Positions 48,793 to 58,039 of a DNA stretch of 64,000 nt are shown here, in pieces. The position numbers and the translations under genes are program-made. Within the stretch, counting starts at the first letter, position 1. Every line of letters starts with the position of its first letter. The DNA is from Abditibacterium sp. (GTDB lineage Bacteria > Armatimonadota > Abditibacteriia > Abditibacteriales > Abditibacteriaceae): positions 2,944,001-3,008,000 of the forward strand of contig CBDASK010000003.1 in assembly GCA_965199495.1 (NCBI GenBank), given 5' to 3'. The notes beneath the pieces are model-generated. The model was not told where the DNA came from, did not search any database, and saw only the letters and a program-made list of their open reading frames with translations.

Positions 48793-49134
48793 TCAGGCGT
48801 TGTTTTCGGTGCGCTCCATCCAGACAAATAGCGCAGCCAGCGCGCCGAGGAATAAAAGCGGCGTCGCGCTCCACGCCAATTCGCCGCTTTCGTTCGATTG
48901 CGAGTGCGCGCGTCCCGCCAAGACGCGACAACCGAGCAGCACGAGAGGATAAGCTGTGGTGGCACCGACGAAAATTCCCATCAGCAAGCGTCGGCCCGGC
49001 GAGCCGGATGGGCGTTGCGATTTGTCGAGCAACGCGGCGGCTTGCATGACGTTGGCGATCAAAACGGCGGGGTAGGCCAGCAGCGGCAACAATCCCAAAA
49101 TTTGCAGGGCTTGCGAAACGAAATGTGGTTTCAT
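48793..49134 (-). CDS. Hypothetical membrane protein
   Basis: 113 aa, three hydrophobic segments. Confidence 0.65.
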   Translation of the reverse strand: MKPHFVSQALQILGLLPLLAYPAVLIANVMQAAALLDKSQRPSGSPGRRLLMGIFVGATTAYPLVLLGCRVLAGRAHSQSNESGELAWSATPLLFLGALAALFVWMERTENNA

Positions 49135-49283
49135 CGCGAAATTTCCATCAAATCACACGCCTCATTTGCAAAGATTGGAGCGTTTGCCGGATGTTTTCTG
49201 CGCGCGCGCGCCGGATTTGCGAAAATATAAAGGTCTGTTTAAAGCGCGCCACACCGTTGCGCGCCCGGTCTCCAACTTCTTCC

Positions 49284-50750
49284 ATGAATCGCCGTTTTCT
49301 CGCCGCGCTTGCCCTGAGTTGCGCGCTGGCCGCTCCCTTTGCCGCGCGCGCCTCCGCTCAAAACTCCACTTCCGCTTGGACGCCCGCCCCGCTTTTCGCG
49401 TCCGATGCCACCACCGAAACCACGCTGGCCAACGGCGTGCGCGTCGTCGTCAAGCCGACGCAAAATACGCCGGTGACTTCGATTCAGGTCTGGGTGCGCG
49501 GTGGTTCGCGCGCCGAAAGACGCGGCGAGGAAGGTTTGGCCCATCTCATCGAAGTCGCGGCGGTCGGCGGCTCGAAAAACCAGCCGTTCGCCGAATCGGG
49601 CGATGAAGGCGGTTTGGCGGGCGCGGTTCGCGTGGTCGGCGGCGAAAGCGGTTCGCTGACTTCGCGCGATTCGACGTTCTACTCGGCGACCGTCGCCACC
49701 GCCGATTGGGGCCGCGCGCTCAACGCGCTCGCCGACACGGTTTTGCGCCCCGATTTAAGTCAAGGCTCCGTAACGCGCTCCAAACTCGTGGTCGCCAACG
49801 AACTAATCACGCAGGTTTTTAATCCGATTTCGCAGGCCAGCGATTTGGCCTACGCGACGGCTTTTCCGACGCATCCCTACGGCCACGCCGAAATCGGTTC
49901 GCAGGACACATTGGGCGGACTCACGGTCGCCAAAGCGCGCGCGTTTTACGACCGCCAATACGTCGGCCAAAATATCAGCGTCGTCGTTGTGGGCGCGGTG
50001 CCGCCCGCCGAATTCGTGAGCGCCACCAAACGCCTCTTCGCCGTGGCTGCTGCGATGGCGGCGCCCAAACTTGCGCTCAAAGACGCGCCTTTGCCGACAA
50101 ATCGCGAAGTCAGCGAAAAAGCGCCGGTCTCAACCGATGCGCTGTCATTGGCGTGGCGTTCGCCGGGCATTGAGAATCCGCGCGATGTGGTGGCGACCGA
50201 CGCGCTGTTGGCGTTGTGGCGCGAAGGTTTGGACGCCAACCTGCGGCGTCTGTTGTTGCGCGACGGGCCGGACGGCGAAAACAAACCGTTGGTGGATTCT
50301 TACGATGTGGATTATCTGACGCAACGCGATCCGGGCTTGATTTTGGTGACGCTGGTCGGCGTGCAAGATCGCGCGGCGACGATTGCGGCCATCGAAGGCG
50401 AAATCAAGCGTTTGGCCGATAGCGGCCCGACCGACGCCGAAATGCAGCGCGCGTTGGATTTGCTGCGCCGCCAATATATCGAGCAGAGCGAAGGCCCGGC
50501 GGGTCAGGCGGGCGCGCTGGGTTTTTACGAAATGATCGCGAATTACAAGTTCGCCCTCGAATACGAAAAGCTGACGCAAACCGTCAATAAAGCCGATATT
50601 CAACGCATCGCGCGCGAATATCTATCGCCCGACAAAGAGATTCGAGCGACGGTCGAGCCGTTGCCGCGCCCACGCCCCGGTAATCCGGGCAACCCCGATA
50701 ACGCTCTGGGCGGCGACGGCGTCGTTCCGATTCGCTGGACGCGCGGTTGA
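49284..50750 (+). CDS. M16 family peptidase-like protein (degenerate HxxEH)
   Basis: Signal peptide; LANGVRVVV, GSRAE..G..GLAHLIEV, HPYG, VVVVG, DPG, V.K.DIQR.AR.YL. Confidence 0.88.
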   Translation: MNRRFLAALALSCALAAPFAARASAQNSTSAWTPAPLFASDATTETTLANGVRVVVKPTQNTPVTSIQVWVRGGSRAERRGEEGLAHLIEVAAVGGSKNQPFAESGDEGGLAGAVRVVGGESGSLTSRDSTFYSATVATADWGRALNALADTVLRPDLSQGSVTRSKLVVANELITQVFNPISQASDLAYATAFPTHPYGHAEIGSQDTLGGLTVAKARAFYDRQYVGQNISVVVVGAVPPAEFVSATKRLFAVAAAMAAPKLALKDAPLPTNREVSEKAPVSTDALSLAWRSPGIENPRDVVATDALLALWREGLDANLRRLLLRDGPDGENKPLVDSYDVDYLTQRDPGLILVTLVGVQDRAATIAAIEGEIKRLADSGPTDAEMQRALDLLRRQYIEQSEGPAGQAGALGFYEMIANYKFALEYEKLTQTVNKADIQRIAREYLSPDKEIRATVEPLPRPRPGNPGNPDNALGGDGVVPIRWTRG

Positions 50751-50775
50751 CACACGTAGATTAACGCGTGATTGC

Positions 50776-50957
50776 GATGCGAGCATAAGTCACACCCCCT
50801 CTGTCCTTCGGACATCTCCCCCTCCGAGAGGGGAAGAGGCGCTCAAACCCTCGACATCGCCAGAATGAACGCGAGTAACGAACAGTAAAAGCGCCTCTTC
50901 CCCTCTCGGAGGGGGAGATGTCCGAAGGACAGAGGGGGTGTGACTTATGCTCGCATC
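50776..50957. mobile_element. Family B inverted-repeat element (182 bp)
   Basis: Perfect 68-bp arms 50776-50843 / 50890-50957, 46-nt spacer. Confidence 0.9.
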
Positions 50958-50997
50958 AACTTAAGTGAACTTACAAAAGCCCAAATTTTCCCCAAAA

Positions 50998-52407
50998 ATG
51001 AAATCCATCCACAAACTTTCCGCTTTGCTACTCGCTGGCGGTCTATTAATTCCCACCACGCTAACACATGCCGCTCAGGGCGATGCGACCGCGTTCATCT
51101 CACAAATACAGGTGCCGAACGGTCTCACTGCGGTATTTGCGAACAGCAAAATTGTAAAATTGTCCAACGGTATCGTCGTTGTGCCGACGATTGACCGCAC
51201 TGCGCCGCGCGTAGCGATTTCACTGCTGGTTGGCGAAGGCTCGGCCAACGAATCCACGGACAACGCCGGTTGGCGCCGTTTGCTGGTCGGCGCGATGTCG
51301 CGCCAAGCGCCCGAAGGTTATGCGTTGGGCGATACGCCGACCGCGCAACAGGAAAGTTTGGTGCGCGCCGCCGCAGATTTGGGCGGCGTCATCACGGTTT
51401 CGGTGGGCGATGATGTCATCGAAATTTCGGTCGTGGGCGAAAGCACGCGTGGCAACGATTTGCTGAAATTGGCGCTGGCGTTGCTGCAAAATCCGCGCTT
51501 GACCGACGAGAATATCGCCAAAGTGCGCGAGGCGCAACTCAATCGTATCGGGGCGGAAGATTTGGATCCGACGACTCAAATTGACGCCGCGATTCGCACG
51601 CAGGTTTTTCGCGACAAAAACGGCAAATTGGCCGCCTACGGTTTGCCCGATAACGGCACCGCGCAATCCATTGAGTCGCTCGATAACGCCAAATTGCGCG
51701 AATTGCAAAAGTCATTGGCCAATGCGCCGCTCACGGTTTCGGCGGCGGGCGACGTAAACTTGAAGGCGCTGTACGAAACTTTGTCGCAGTTGCCCGCGCG
51801 CTCGAACGTGACGACGATGCGACCCGCATTCGTGCCGCCTAAAATCGGCGCGCCCGCGCTCAAAGTGCGCGAACTGCCCGGCGATGGCGCTTACGTTTTG
51901 GTTTCTTATCCGCTCGACACTTTCGATGCTGCCGACGGCCCCGCGATGCGCGTTTTGGTGGCGGCTCTGAGCGACGCCAAAGGCGCGCGTTTGCCGACGC
52001 GTTTAACGGATGCGCCCGGCAAAAAAGGGCCGCAAGCCGAAACGGTTTTGGCGCAGTGGCTCAGTCGCCGCTATGCCAGCGAACTGTTGCTGACCGCGCA
52101 GACCGACCCAGAAAACGTCGCAGGCGTGCAGAAAGTTTTGCTCGAAGAAGTCGGCAAACTGCGCCAGACCAACATCAGCGCCGCCGAACTCGACCGCGCC
52201 AAAGCGTTTTCGCGCGGCGATTGGGCGCTCGACCGCCAAACATTGCGCGACCGCGCGTTTTTGAGCGGCCTGCCAACAGCCACCGGCAAGCCCGCCGATG
52301 CGACATGGGAGGCGCGTTTGAACAAAGTCACGGCGGACGACGTGAAACGCGTCGCCAACAAATATCTCCAGTCGTCCGCCGTGGCTGTTGTGTTGCCCAA
52401 GGAGTAA
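50998..52407 (+). CDS. M16 family peptidase-like non-catalytic subunit
   Basis: Signal peptide; LSNGIVV, GSANE, SAAGD, ELDRAK, VTADDVKRVANKYL; no HxxEH. Confidence 0.85.
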   Translation: MKSIHKLSALLLAGGLLIPTTLTHAAQGDATAFISQIQVPNGLTAVFANSKIVKLSNGIVVVPTIDRTAPRVAISLLVGEGSANESTDNAGWRRLLVGAMSRQAPEGYALGDTPTAQQESLVRAAADLGGVITVSVGDDVIEISVVGESTRGNDLLKLALALLQNPRLTDENIAKVREAQLNRIGAEDLDPTTQIDAAIRTQVFRDKNGKLAAYGLPDNGTAQSIESLDNAKLRELQKSLANAPLTVSAAGDVNLKALYETLSQLPARSNVTTMRPAFVPPKIGAPALKVRELPGDGAYVLVSYPLDTFDAADGPAMRVLVAALSDAKGARLPTRLTDAPGKKGPQAETVLAQWLSRRYASELLLTAQTDPENVAGVQKVLLEEVGKLRQTNISAAELDRAKAFSRGDWALDRQTLRDRAFLSGLPTATGKPADATWEARLNKVTADDVKRVANKYLQSSAVAVVLPKE

Positions 52408-52453
52408 CTATTTATGTTCAACTTTTCGTCGTGTAGAAATATTTTGTGTAAAT

Positions 52454-52635
52454 GTAGATAGAACCTATCACACCCCCTCTGTCCTTCGGACATCTCCCCC
52501 TCCGAAAGGGGGAGAGGCGCTCGAACCCTCGACATCCCCAGAACAAAAGTGCGAAGTGAACGGCCACAGCGCCTCTCCCCCTTTCGGAGGGGGAGATGTC
52601 CGAAGGACAGAGGGGGTGTGATAGGTTCTATCTAC
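52454..52635. mobile_element. Family B inverted-repeat element (182 bp)
   Basis: Perfect 68-bp arms 52454-52521 / 52568-52635, 46-nt spacer. Confidence 0.9.
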
Positions 52636-52682
52636 CCATAACTATCCAAATTATCCTATGCGACGAAATTTGTAAAAGTTCA

Positions 52683-53570
52683 ATGCCCAGCCATTCCCAT
52701 CCCACCGTTTCGTTCACCGTCACTGGCGAAACGCGCGAGACGCCGCTCGAATCGCTCCGCGAAATCTGGCGATTTCGCGCGCTCGTCGTCGAATTGGTGC
52801 AGCGCGATTTGCGCATCCGCTACAAGAAACGCGTCGGCGGCATTTTGTGGAGTTTGCTGCCCGCGCTGATGCAAGTCGCGATTATTTCGCTGATGGTTAA
52901 GCTGTTCTTGAAAGACATCGAAGGCGGCGTTTCGGGTTACTTGTTGCCGGTCGTTTTTCTGTGGGAGTTTTTCAAAAACACGATTTTAGATTCGGCCCAG
53001 AGCATGGTTTTGAACGCGCAGTTAGCGCGGAAAATCTATTTTCCGCGCGCGATTTTGCCGATTGTCACTTTACTGACCAATCTGCTGCATTTCGTGATTT
53101 CGTTCGCGTTTATGCTGGTTTATTTTTTGGTCAAACCGGTCGGCAATCCGATTTATCCGCAGCATCTACAACCCAAATTTTTGCTGGTTTTCCCGATTGT
53201 TTTGTGCGTGGGATTTCTGGCGTTGGGTTTTGGCTATCTGCTGGCCTATCTCAGCACGATTTACGACGATGTGCGATTTTTGCTGAATAATCTGTTGCAG
53301 CTCGTCTATTACACCATCCCCGTTTTTTATACGCTCGAACAGGTCGCGACGCGGCCCGGCATTTATCATATTTACATGCTCAATCCCATCGCGGCGCTCA
53401 TCGCGGGGTTCCAGCGCGCCCTGTTGCCGCCGCCCGGCGTTATCGGCACCACGCCGCTCGCTTATCCCACGACCTATGTCGCCCTCGCTTGTGCGGTTAG
53501 CATCGTAGTTTTGCTTCTGGGATTCGTCACTTTCGAGCGTTCCAAATGGACGATGATGGAGCGTTTGTAG
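52683..53570 (+). CDS. Polysaccharide ABC exporter permease (Wzm/TagG family)
   Basis: RDL.IRYK...G.LW, KIYFPR, P.FY, LNP. Confidence 0.9.
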   Translation: MPSHSHPTVSFTVTGETRETPLESLREIWRFRALVVELVQRDLRIRYKKRVGGILWSLLPALMQVAIISLMVKLFLKDIEGGVSGYLLPVVFLWEFFKNTILDSAQSMVLNAQLARKIYFPRAILPIVTLLTNLLHFVISFAFMLVYFLVKPVGNPIYPQHLQPKFLLVFPIVLCVGFLALGFGYLLAYLSTIYDDVRFLLNNLLQLVYYTIPVFYTLEQVATRPGIYHIYMLNPIAALIAGFQRALLPPPGVIGTTPLAYPTTYVALACAVSIVVLLLGFVTFERSKWTMMERL

Positions 53571-53574
53571 AGCA

Positions 53575-54333
53575 ATGGAAAATATCGAAAACGCCATCGA
53601 GTTCGATCATGTGACCAAGCAATTCACGCTGATTCATCGCGAGCGCAGCGTCAAATCGGCGATTATGAAACTGCTGATCTGGCAGCCCGCGCGCAAAGAG
53701 CTTTTCACCGCGCTGCAAGACGTTTCGTTTGCCATCCCGCCCGGCCAAACCGTCGGTGTCGTCGGCAAAAATGGACAGGGCAAATCCACGTTACTGTCCA
53801 TGCTGGCGCGCATCTATCGCCCAACGCGCGGGCGCATCACGGTGCGCGGTCGGGTCGCGTCGCTGTTGGAATTGTCGGCGGGTTTTCAGCCCGAATTCAC
53901 CGGCTACGAAAACATTTTTCTCAACGGCGTCATTTACGGCCTGACGCACGAGCAGATCAACGCCAGAATAGACGACATCGCCGCGTTCGCGGGCATCCAC
54001 GACCAATTGACGCAACAGGTCAAACACTATTCGTCGGGCATGATGGCGCGATTGGGGTTTGCCATCGCCGCGCACGTCGAGCCGGACGTTTTGCTGGTTG
54101 ACGAAGTTTTAGCCGTGGGTGACGCCGAGTTTCAGGAGCGTTGCTTCCAAAAAATCGAGGAATTCAAACGTCACGGCGTCACGATTTTCGTGGTGTCACA
54201 CGATTTGCGTGCGTTGCGCCGCGTGTGCGACCGCGTATTGTGGATCGAAAATCACAAATTGAAAATGGATGGGCCGATGTCGCAGGTTTTGAATTTGTAT
54301 GAACAAACGCCGGAATCGGTCGAAGGTGGATAA
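53575..54333 (+). CDS. Polysaccharide ABC exporter ATPase (Wzt/TagH family)
   Basis: GKNGQGKST, YSSGM.ARLGF, DEVLAVGD..FQ, VSHD. Confidence 0.93.
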   Translation: MENIENAIEFDHVTKQFTLIHRERSVKSAIMKLLIWQPARKELFTALQDVSFAIPPGQTVGVVGKNGQGKSTLLSMLARIYRPTRGRITVRGRVASLLELSAGFQPEFTGYENIFLNGVIYGLTHEQINARIDDIAAFAGIHDQLTQQVKHYSSGMMARLGFAIAAHVEPDVLLVDEVLAVGDAEFQERCFQKIEEFKRHGVTIFVVSHDLRALRRVCDRVLWIENHKLKMDGPMSQVLNLYEQTPESVEGG

Positions 54334-54384
54334 ACGAAATGGCGCAACCCCAAAAGGTTGCGCCGTTTTTGTTGATAATCTCGC

Positions 54385-56649
54385 TTAGCCGTTCGCCGTG
54401 GCTGCTGTTTGGGACGAGATCGCGCGCCGCGCCATTTGCACGCGCTCGAACAAATCTGTTTCGTCCTTGGTGGGCGTTCCAAACGGTGCCGCCAAAACCT
54501 CGGAGGCTTCAGCGCGACGTTCCATACGCTCCAACAGTCCAGCCAACAATAGGCGCGCTTTCCACTGATTATCGCGGCTGATGGCGGGCCGCGTCAACAG
54601 GCCGCGCGCTAAAACGCCCGTTGCGTTGGCGGCGCTTCGGTTCGCTGGCGGTTCGCGTCCGTCCTCGAACGCGCGCGCGAACATCGAATGGATGGCGCGC
54701 ATAATTTCGCTTTCCGTCATTTTGTCGTGCGGGCGCGCCAACAATTGCCGCGCGATGCGCATTCGCGCGGCGTTGGGCGCTACATCCAAACGCTCGGCCC
54801 AACCGAAATTCCACTTCTGCGTGCGCTCTTGCGCCAGATTGCGACGCAAAACTTCGGCCTCTTGCGCGGTGATGCTGGGCTGCAACGCCTTGCCGCCGCT
54901 CGGACTGCCGCGCGTCGAACTGAGCCATTGCGCGTGCTGCATCAAACGTTCGTAAACGATGTTGAGGCGGTCGAGATCGTTCGCGCCCAACTCGTTTTTG
55001 AGCGGTTTCCACAACTCGAACGCCGCCGCGTGCTGCCCGCCCGCCGAGAGCGCCGAGGCCGCCGCGAAGCGCCAATCGAGCGACGCGTTTTGGATGGTTT
55101 CGCTCTGGCGCGCGATGTGACGCGCCAAGTCGTTGGTGATGCCGACCTTATTCCATTTCAACGCCCACAACGGTTTATCGGCGCGTTCCGCCCCCTTGAG
55201 CGGCCAATTCTGGCTTTGCGAATAGGCGTTCCATGCGGCGGTTGTGGCCTCGTTGTCGCCCGATGTCGCGAACAATTTGTATTGGCCGAAGCCGAGGGGA
55301 GTCGTGTTGACGAAATCAGCAAGCGCCGCGCGCACGATGGTTTGCGTGCGGGCTTTAGGCGCGCGGTCGGCGCCATCGAAGAGCGCGCGATAGGCGGCAA
55401 AACCCTGTTCTGGCGGCACGTTTTCGGTGCGCAAACCGGCGAATCCGCGCAAGGACATCAACAAAAACCAGCGCCGTGAACCCGGTTTGGACGCGTTTGC
55501 CGCCTTCACGAGCAGTTTCCAACCGGCATCCGTGGGCAAAGCGTGCGTGCGGTGCGCGCCGAAATACAAACCGCGCAATAAAGCCGCGCAGCGCGGCTTT
55601 TCGATGTCGCGCAGCAAACGCGCCACGGTCGTTCGATCCCAATTCACCGGCGCGGGCGGCCCGATTTTTTCCAATTGCAGCCGCCGTGGCTGCAAGACGC
55701 GCGGCGAGTTTTCGCCGTTCAAACCGCCTTCGGCCCCATAAGCATTGGTGTCGGCGAGTTCGGTGAGCAACGCATCCACGACAAAACGCGGGTCGAAACG
55801 CGGCGTCAAATCCGCCGTGTAAACGCCGTTTTTGCCGCGCGTAAAACGCGGTTGCCAACGCGTAAAATGCGCGACATCCGCCGGAGCGAGCGTTCCGAAC
55901 AACGCGCTGTGCCCGGAGTCCGGCAACACGAAATTGGCATAAATATAATCGCCGTCGGGCGCTCCGTCACCGTCGAGATCGGGGCCGTAATCGCGCCGCC
56001 ACAAACGGCCCGCGATACCGGATGTCCCAAATTTCATCTTGTGTCCAACAATCGGCACCTGTTTTCCGGCGCGCTCAAAACTCATGCGATAAGTCACGTC
56101 TTGCGCTTCGCCCAGCGTCCGAATGCGCGGCTCCGTCCAACTTTCGCTGCTGTCCAATTCGTTCCAAGCGCCCTCAATTTCCCTCTCTTCTTCGGGCAAA
56201 GTCGCGCCCGCATAAGCCAGTTGCACCACGTCCAAACGCATTCCCGAAACGACTTTACCCAATGCGACGCCATTTTCGTCGGTGAGCGGTTGCGTCATAA
56301 CGATGCGCGGCGCGCCCGGCGCGTCATCGCCAGCCACGCCAAACACACCGGCGCCGCCTTCGACTATTTTTGGGACGGGCACGCGAAACCCGACCATCTT
56401 TTCGCCGAAAGTCCCGTCGCCCGCGCGCATTCCGCCCGTCGTCGCGGTGATTTTGAAACGCGCTTCATGCACTGCATCGCCTTCGATGCCGCCGATGGCG
56501 AACGATTTGTCGAGCAACTCGAACTTAATTTGCGGCACAAACGGCGAACGGCCCGACGACGGCGCATCTGCGGTTTGCGCGCGCGCCGACGGGGGCGCGA
56601 ACAGCAAGAAAACAGCGATGCCGGGGCAGAGAAAACGAATCATTGACAT
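54385..56649 (-). CDS. Hypothetical exported protein
   Basis: Signal peptide ARA; DLDGDG motif; helical C-terminal half. Confidence 0.7.
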   Translation of the reverse strand: MSMIRFLCPGIAVFLLFAPPSARAQTADAPSSGRSPFVPQIKFELLDKSFAIGGIEGDAVHEARFKITATTGGMRAGDGTFGEKMVGFRVPVPKIVEGGAGVFGVAGDDAPGAPRIVMTQPLTDENGVALGKVVSGMRLDVVQLAYAGATLPEEEREIEGAWNELDSSESWTEPRIRTLGEAQDVTYRMSFERAGKQVPIVGHKMKFGTSGIAGRLWRRDYGPDLDGDGAPDGDYIYANFVLPDSGHSALFGTLAPADVAHFTRWQPRFTRGKNGVYTADLTPRFDPRFVVDALLTELADTNAYGAEGGLNGENSPRVLQPRRLQLEKIGPPAPVNWDRTTVARLLRDIEKPRCAALLRGLYFGAHRTHALPTDAGWKLLVKAANASKPGSRRWFLLMSLRGFAGLRTENVPPEQGFAAYRALFDGADRAPKARTQTIVRAALADFVNTTPLGFGQYKLFATSGDNEATTAAWNAYSQSQNWPLKGAERADKPLWALKWNKVGITNDLARHIARQSETIQNASLDWRFAAASALSAGGQHAAAFELWKPLKNELGANDLDRLNIVYERLMQHAQWLSSTRGSPSGGKALQPSITAQEAEVLRRNLAQERTQKWNFGWAERLDVAPNAARMRIARQLLARPHDKMTESEIMRAIHSMFARAFEDGREPPANRSAANATGVLARGLLTRPAISRDNQWKARLLLAGLLERMERRAEASEVLAAPFGTPTKDETDLFERVQMARRAISSQTAATANG

Positions 56650-56681
56650 TAAATTTATCAACAATGCCAATCAACTGCGTT

Positions 56682-58034
56682 TTAATTCGACGCCTTCGCG
56701 GCTTGATCCAATGCGCGTTGCGCGTGTTCGCGCAAATAGGAATCGGGATGATTGCGCGCTGTTTCTCGTGTAATTTCCAACGCTGCTGGCGAGCCGATGG
56801 AGACTAACAAATCAACCGCGCTCGATGCACTAAAATCGGAGTGGTGCCGCAAAAACGCGGCGATTAAACCCAATTCGTCCGTGACCGGCGGGCGCGTGGC
56901 TGTATCGAGGCGCGAGTAAATCTGTTCGAGCGAACTGACGGTTGCCCTTTCCAAATCGTTGGGCAAGTCGGGCCGTTTCAAAACGGCGAACAGTGGTGCG
57001 ACGGCGCGCGTATCGGCGCTTTCGCCCAAAGTGCGCGCGGCGTCTAATTGCACCTGCGCGCTCGGATCGTCCAACATTTCGATGATGCGCGGCACGACTT
57101 CGGACGCTTTACCTTCGCGCAACCAGCCGATGAAACGCGAGGGCGCCAGAGCGCGCACACGTTCGTCGGCATCGTCCAAACGTGCGACGAGCGCAGCTTT
57201 GGCGGCGGGCGTGCGGTCGTTGCTATTGCCCACATCAATCATGGCGCGAATTCTAATTTCCGGGTTGGGATGTCGAGTCAAATCAACTAAAATCGCGTCG
57301 GTTGCGGGCGTCTCATAGGTCGCCAGGGCCAGACTGGCGTCATCAATTAATGTCTCGTGATCGCCGCGCGCGATAGCTACAATCAACGGCAACGCGAGTT
57401 GCGAACGCTGAAATCGCAAGCCGCGCAACGCGGTCTGTTTCACATCCGCATCGGGATTTCTGAGTAATTCGGTCAACTCCTTTTCAAACGACGCCGAGTT
57501 GTCGCGGTCGAACGGCAAATTTGAGATAACGCGTCGCGCCTCGCTTTTGAGAATCGGATTCTCGCTGGTCGCCAACCCAAACATCGCGCGTGCGAGGGAT
57601 TCTTTAGCGGCAATGGGCGGCAACTTCAGCAACGTTTCGATGGCCTCGAAAGTTTGCATTTTGGTCTGCGGCGTATAGGTCAGCGATGCCCAACCGTCGT
57701 CCATAATTGTCAGAGGCGCCGCGCGCTTCAAGAACAAAACGACGGTTTCGCCCTCGCGAAAAATCCGCGAAGCCATGCTGGTAACTTCGACGGGAGCGAC
57801 TTCGACAACCGATGCAGCCACGTCGCCTTTGAAGTTGCGTTCGATGGCGAATTGCGCGCGTCCTTGAGCGATGTTTTGTATCGTGCCCGCCAAGATCAAA
57901 TCGCTGGTTTGCGCGCGCTCCAAAAACGAGACATTGGGCGACATAAACGCGTGCGCCGGACGCGCCATCAATATCAAACAAAACGCCACCGAGAAAACGA
58001 CGGTTTGGGAGATGAGCGAAAAGTTGAGTTTCAT
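56682..58034 (-). CDS. Exported HEAT-repeat protein
   Basis: Signal peptide AHA; repeated L.D.D..VR..A...LG motifs. Confidence 0.85.
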   Translation of the reverse strand: MKLNFSLISQTVVFSVAFCLILMARPAHAFMSPNVSFLERAQTSDLILAGTIQNIAQGRAQFAIERNFKGDVAASVVEVAPVEVTSMASRIFREGETVVLFLKRAAPLTIMDDGWASLTYTPQTKMQTFEAIETLLKLPPIAAKESLARAMFGLATSENPILKSEARRVISNLPFDRDNSASFEKELTELLRNPDADVKQTALRGLRFQRSQLALPLIVAIARGDHETLIDDASLALATYETPATDAILVDLTRHPNPEIRIRAMIDVGNSNDRTPAAKAALVARLDDADERVRALAPSRFIGWLREGKASEVVPRIIEMLDDPSAQVQLDAARTLGESADTRAVAPLFAVLKRPDLPNDLERATVSSLEQIYSRLDTATRPPVTDELGLIAAFLRHHSDFSASSAVDLLVSIGSPAALEITRETARNHPDSYLREHAQRALDQAAKASN

Positions 58035-58039
58035 ATCAT

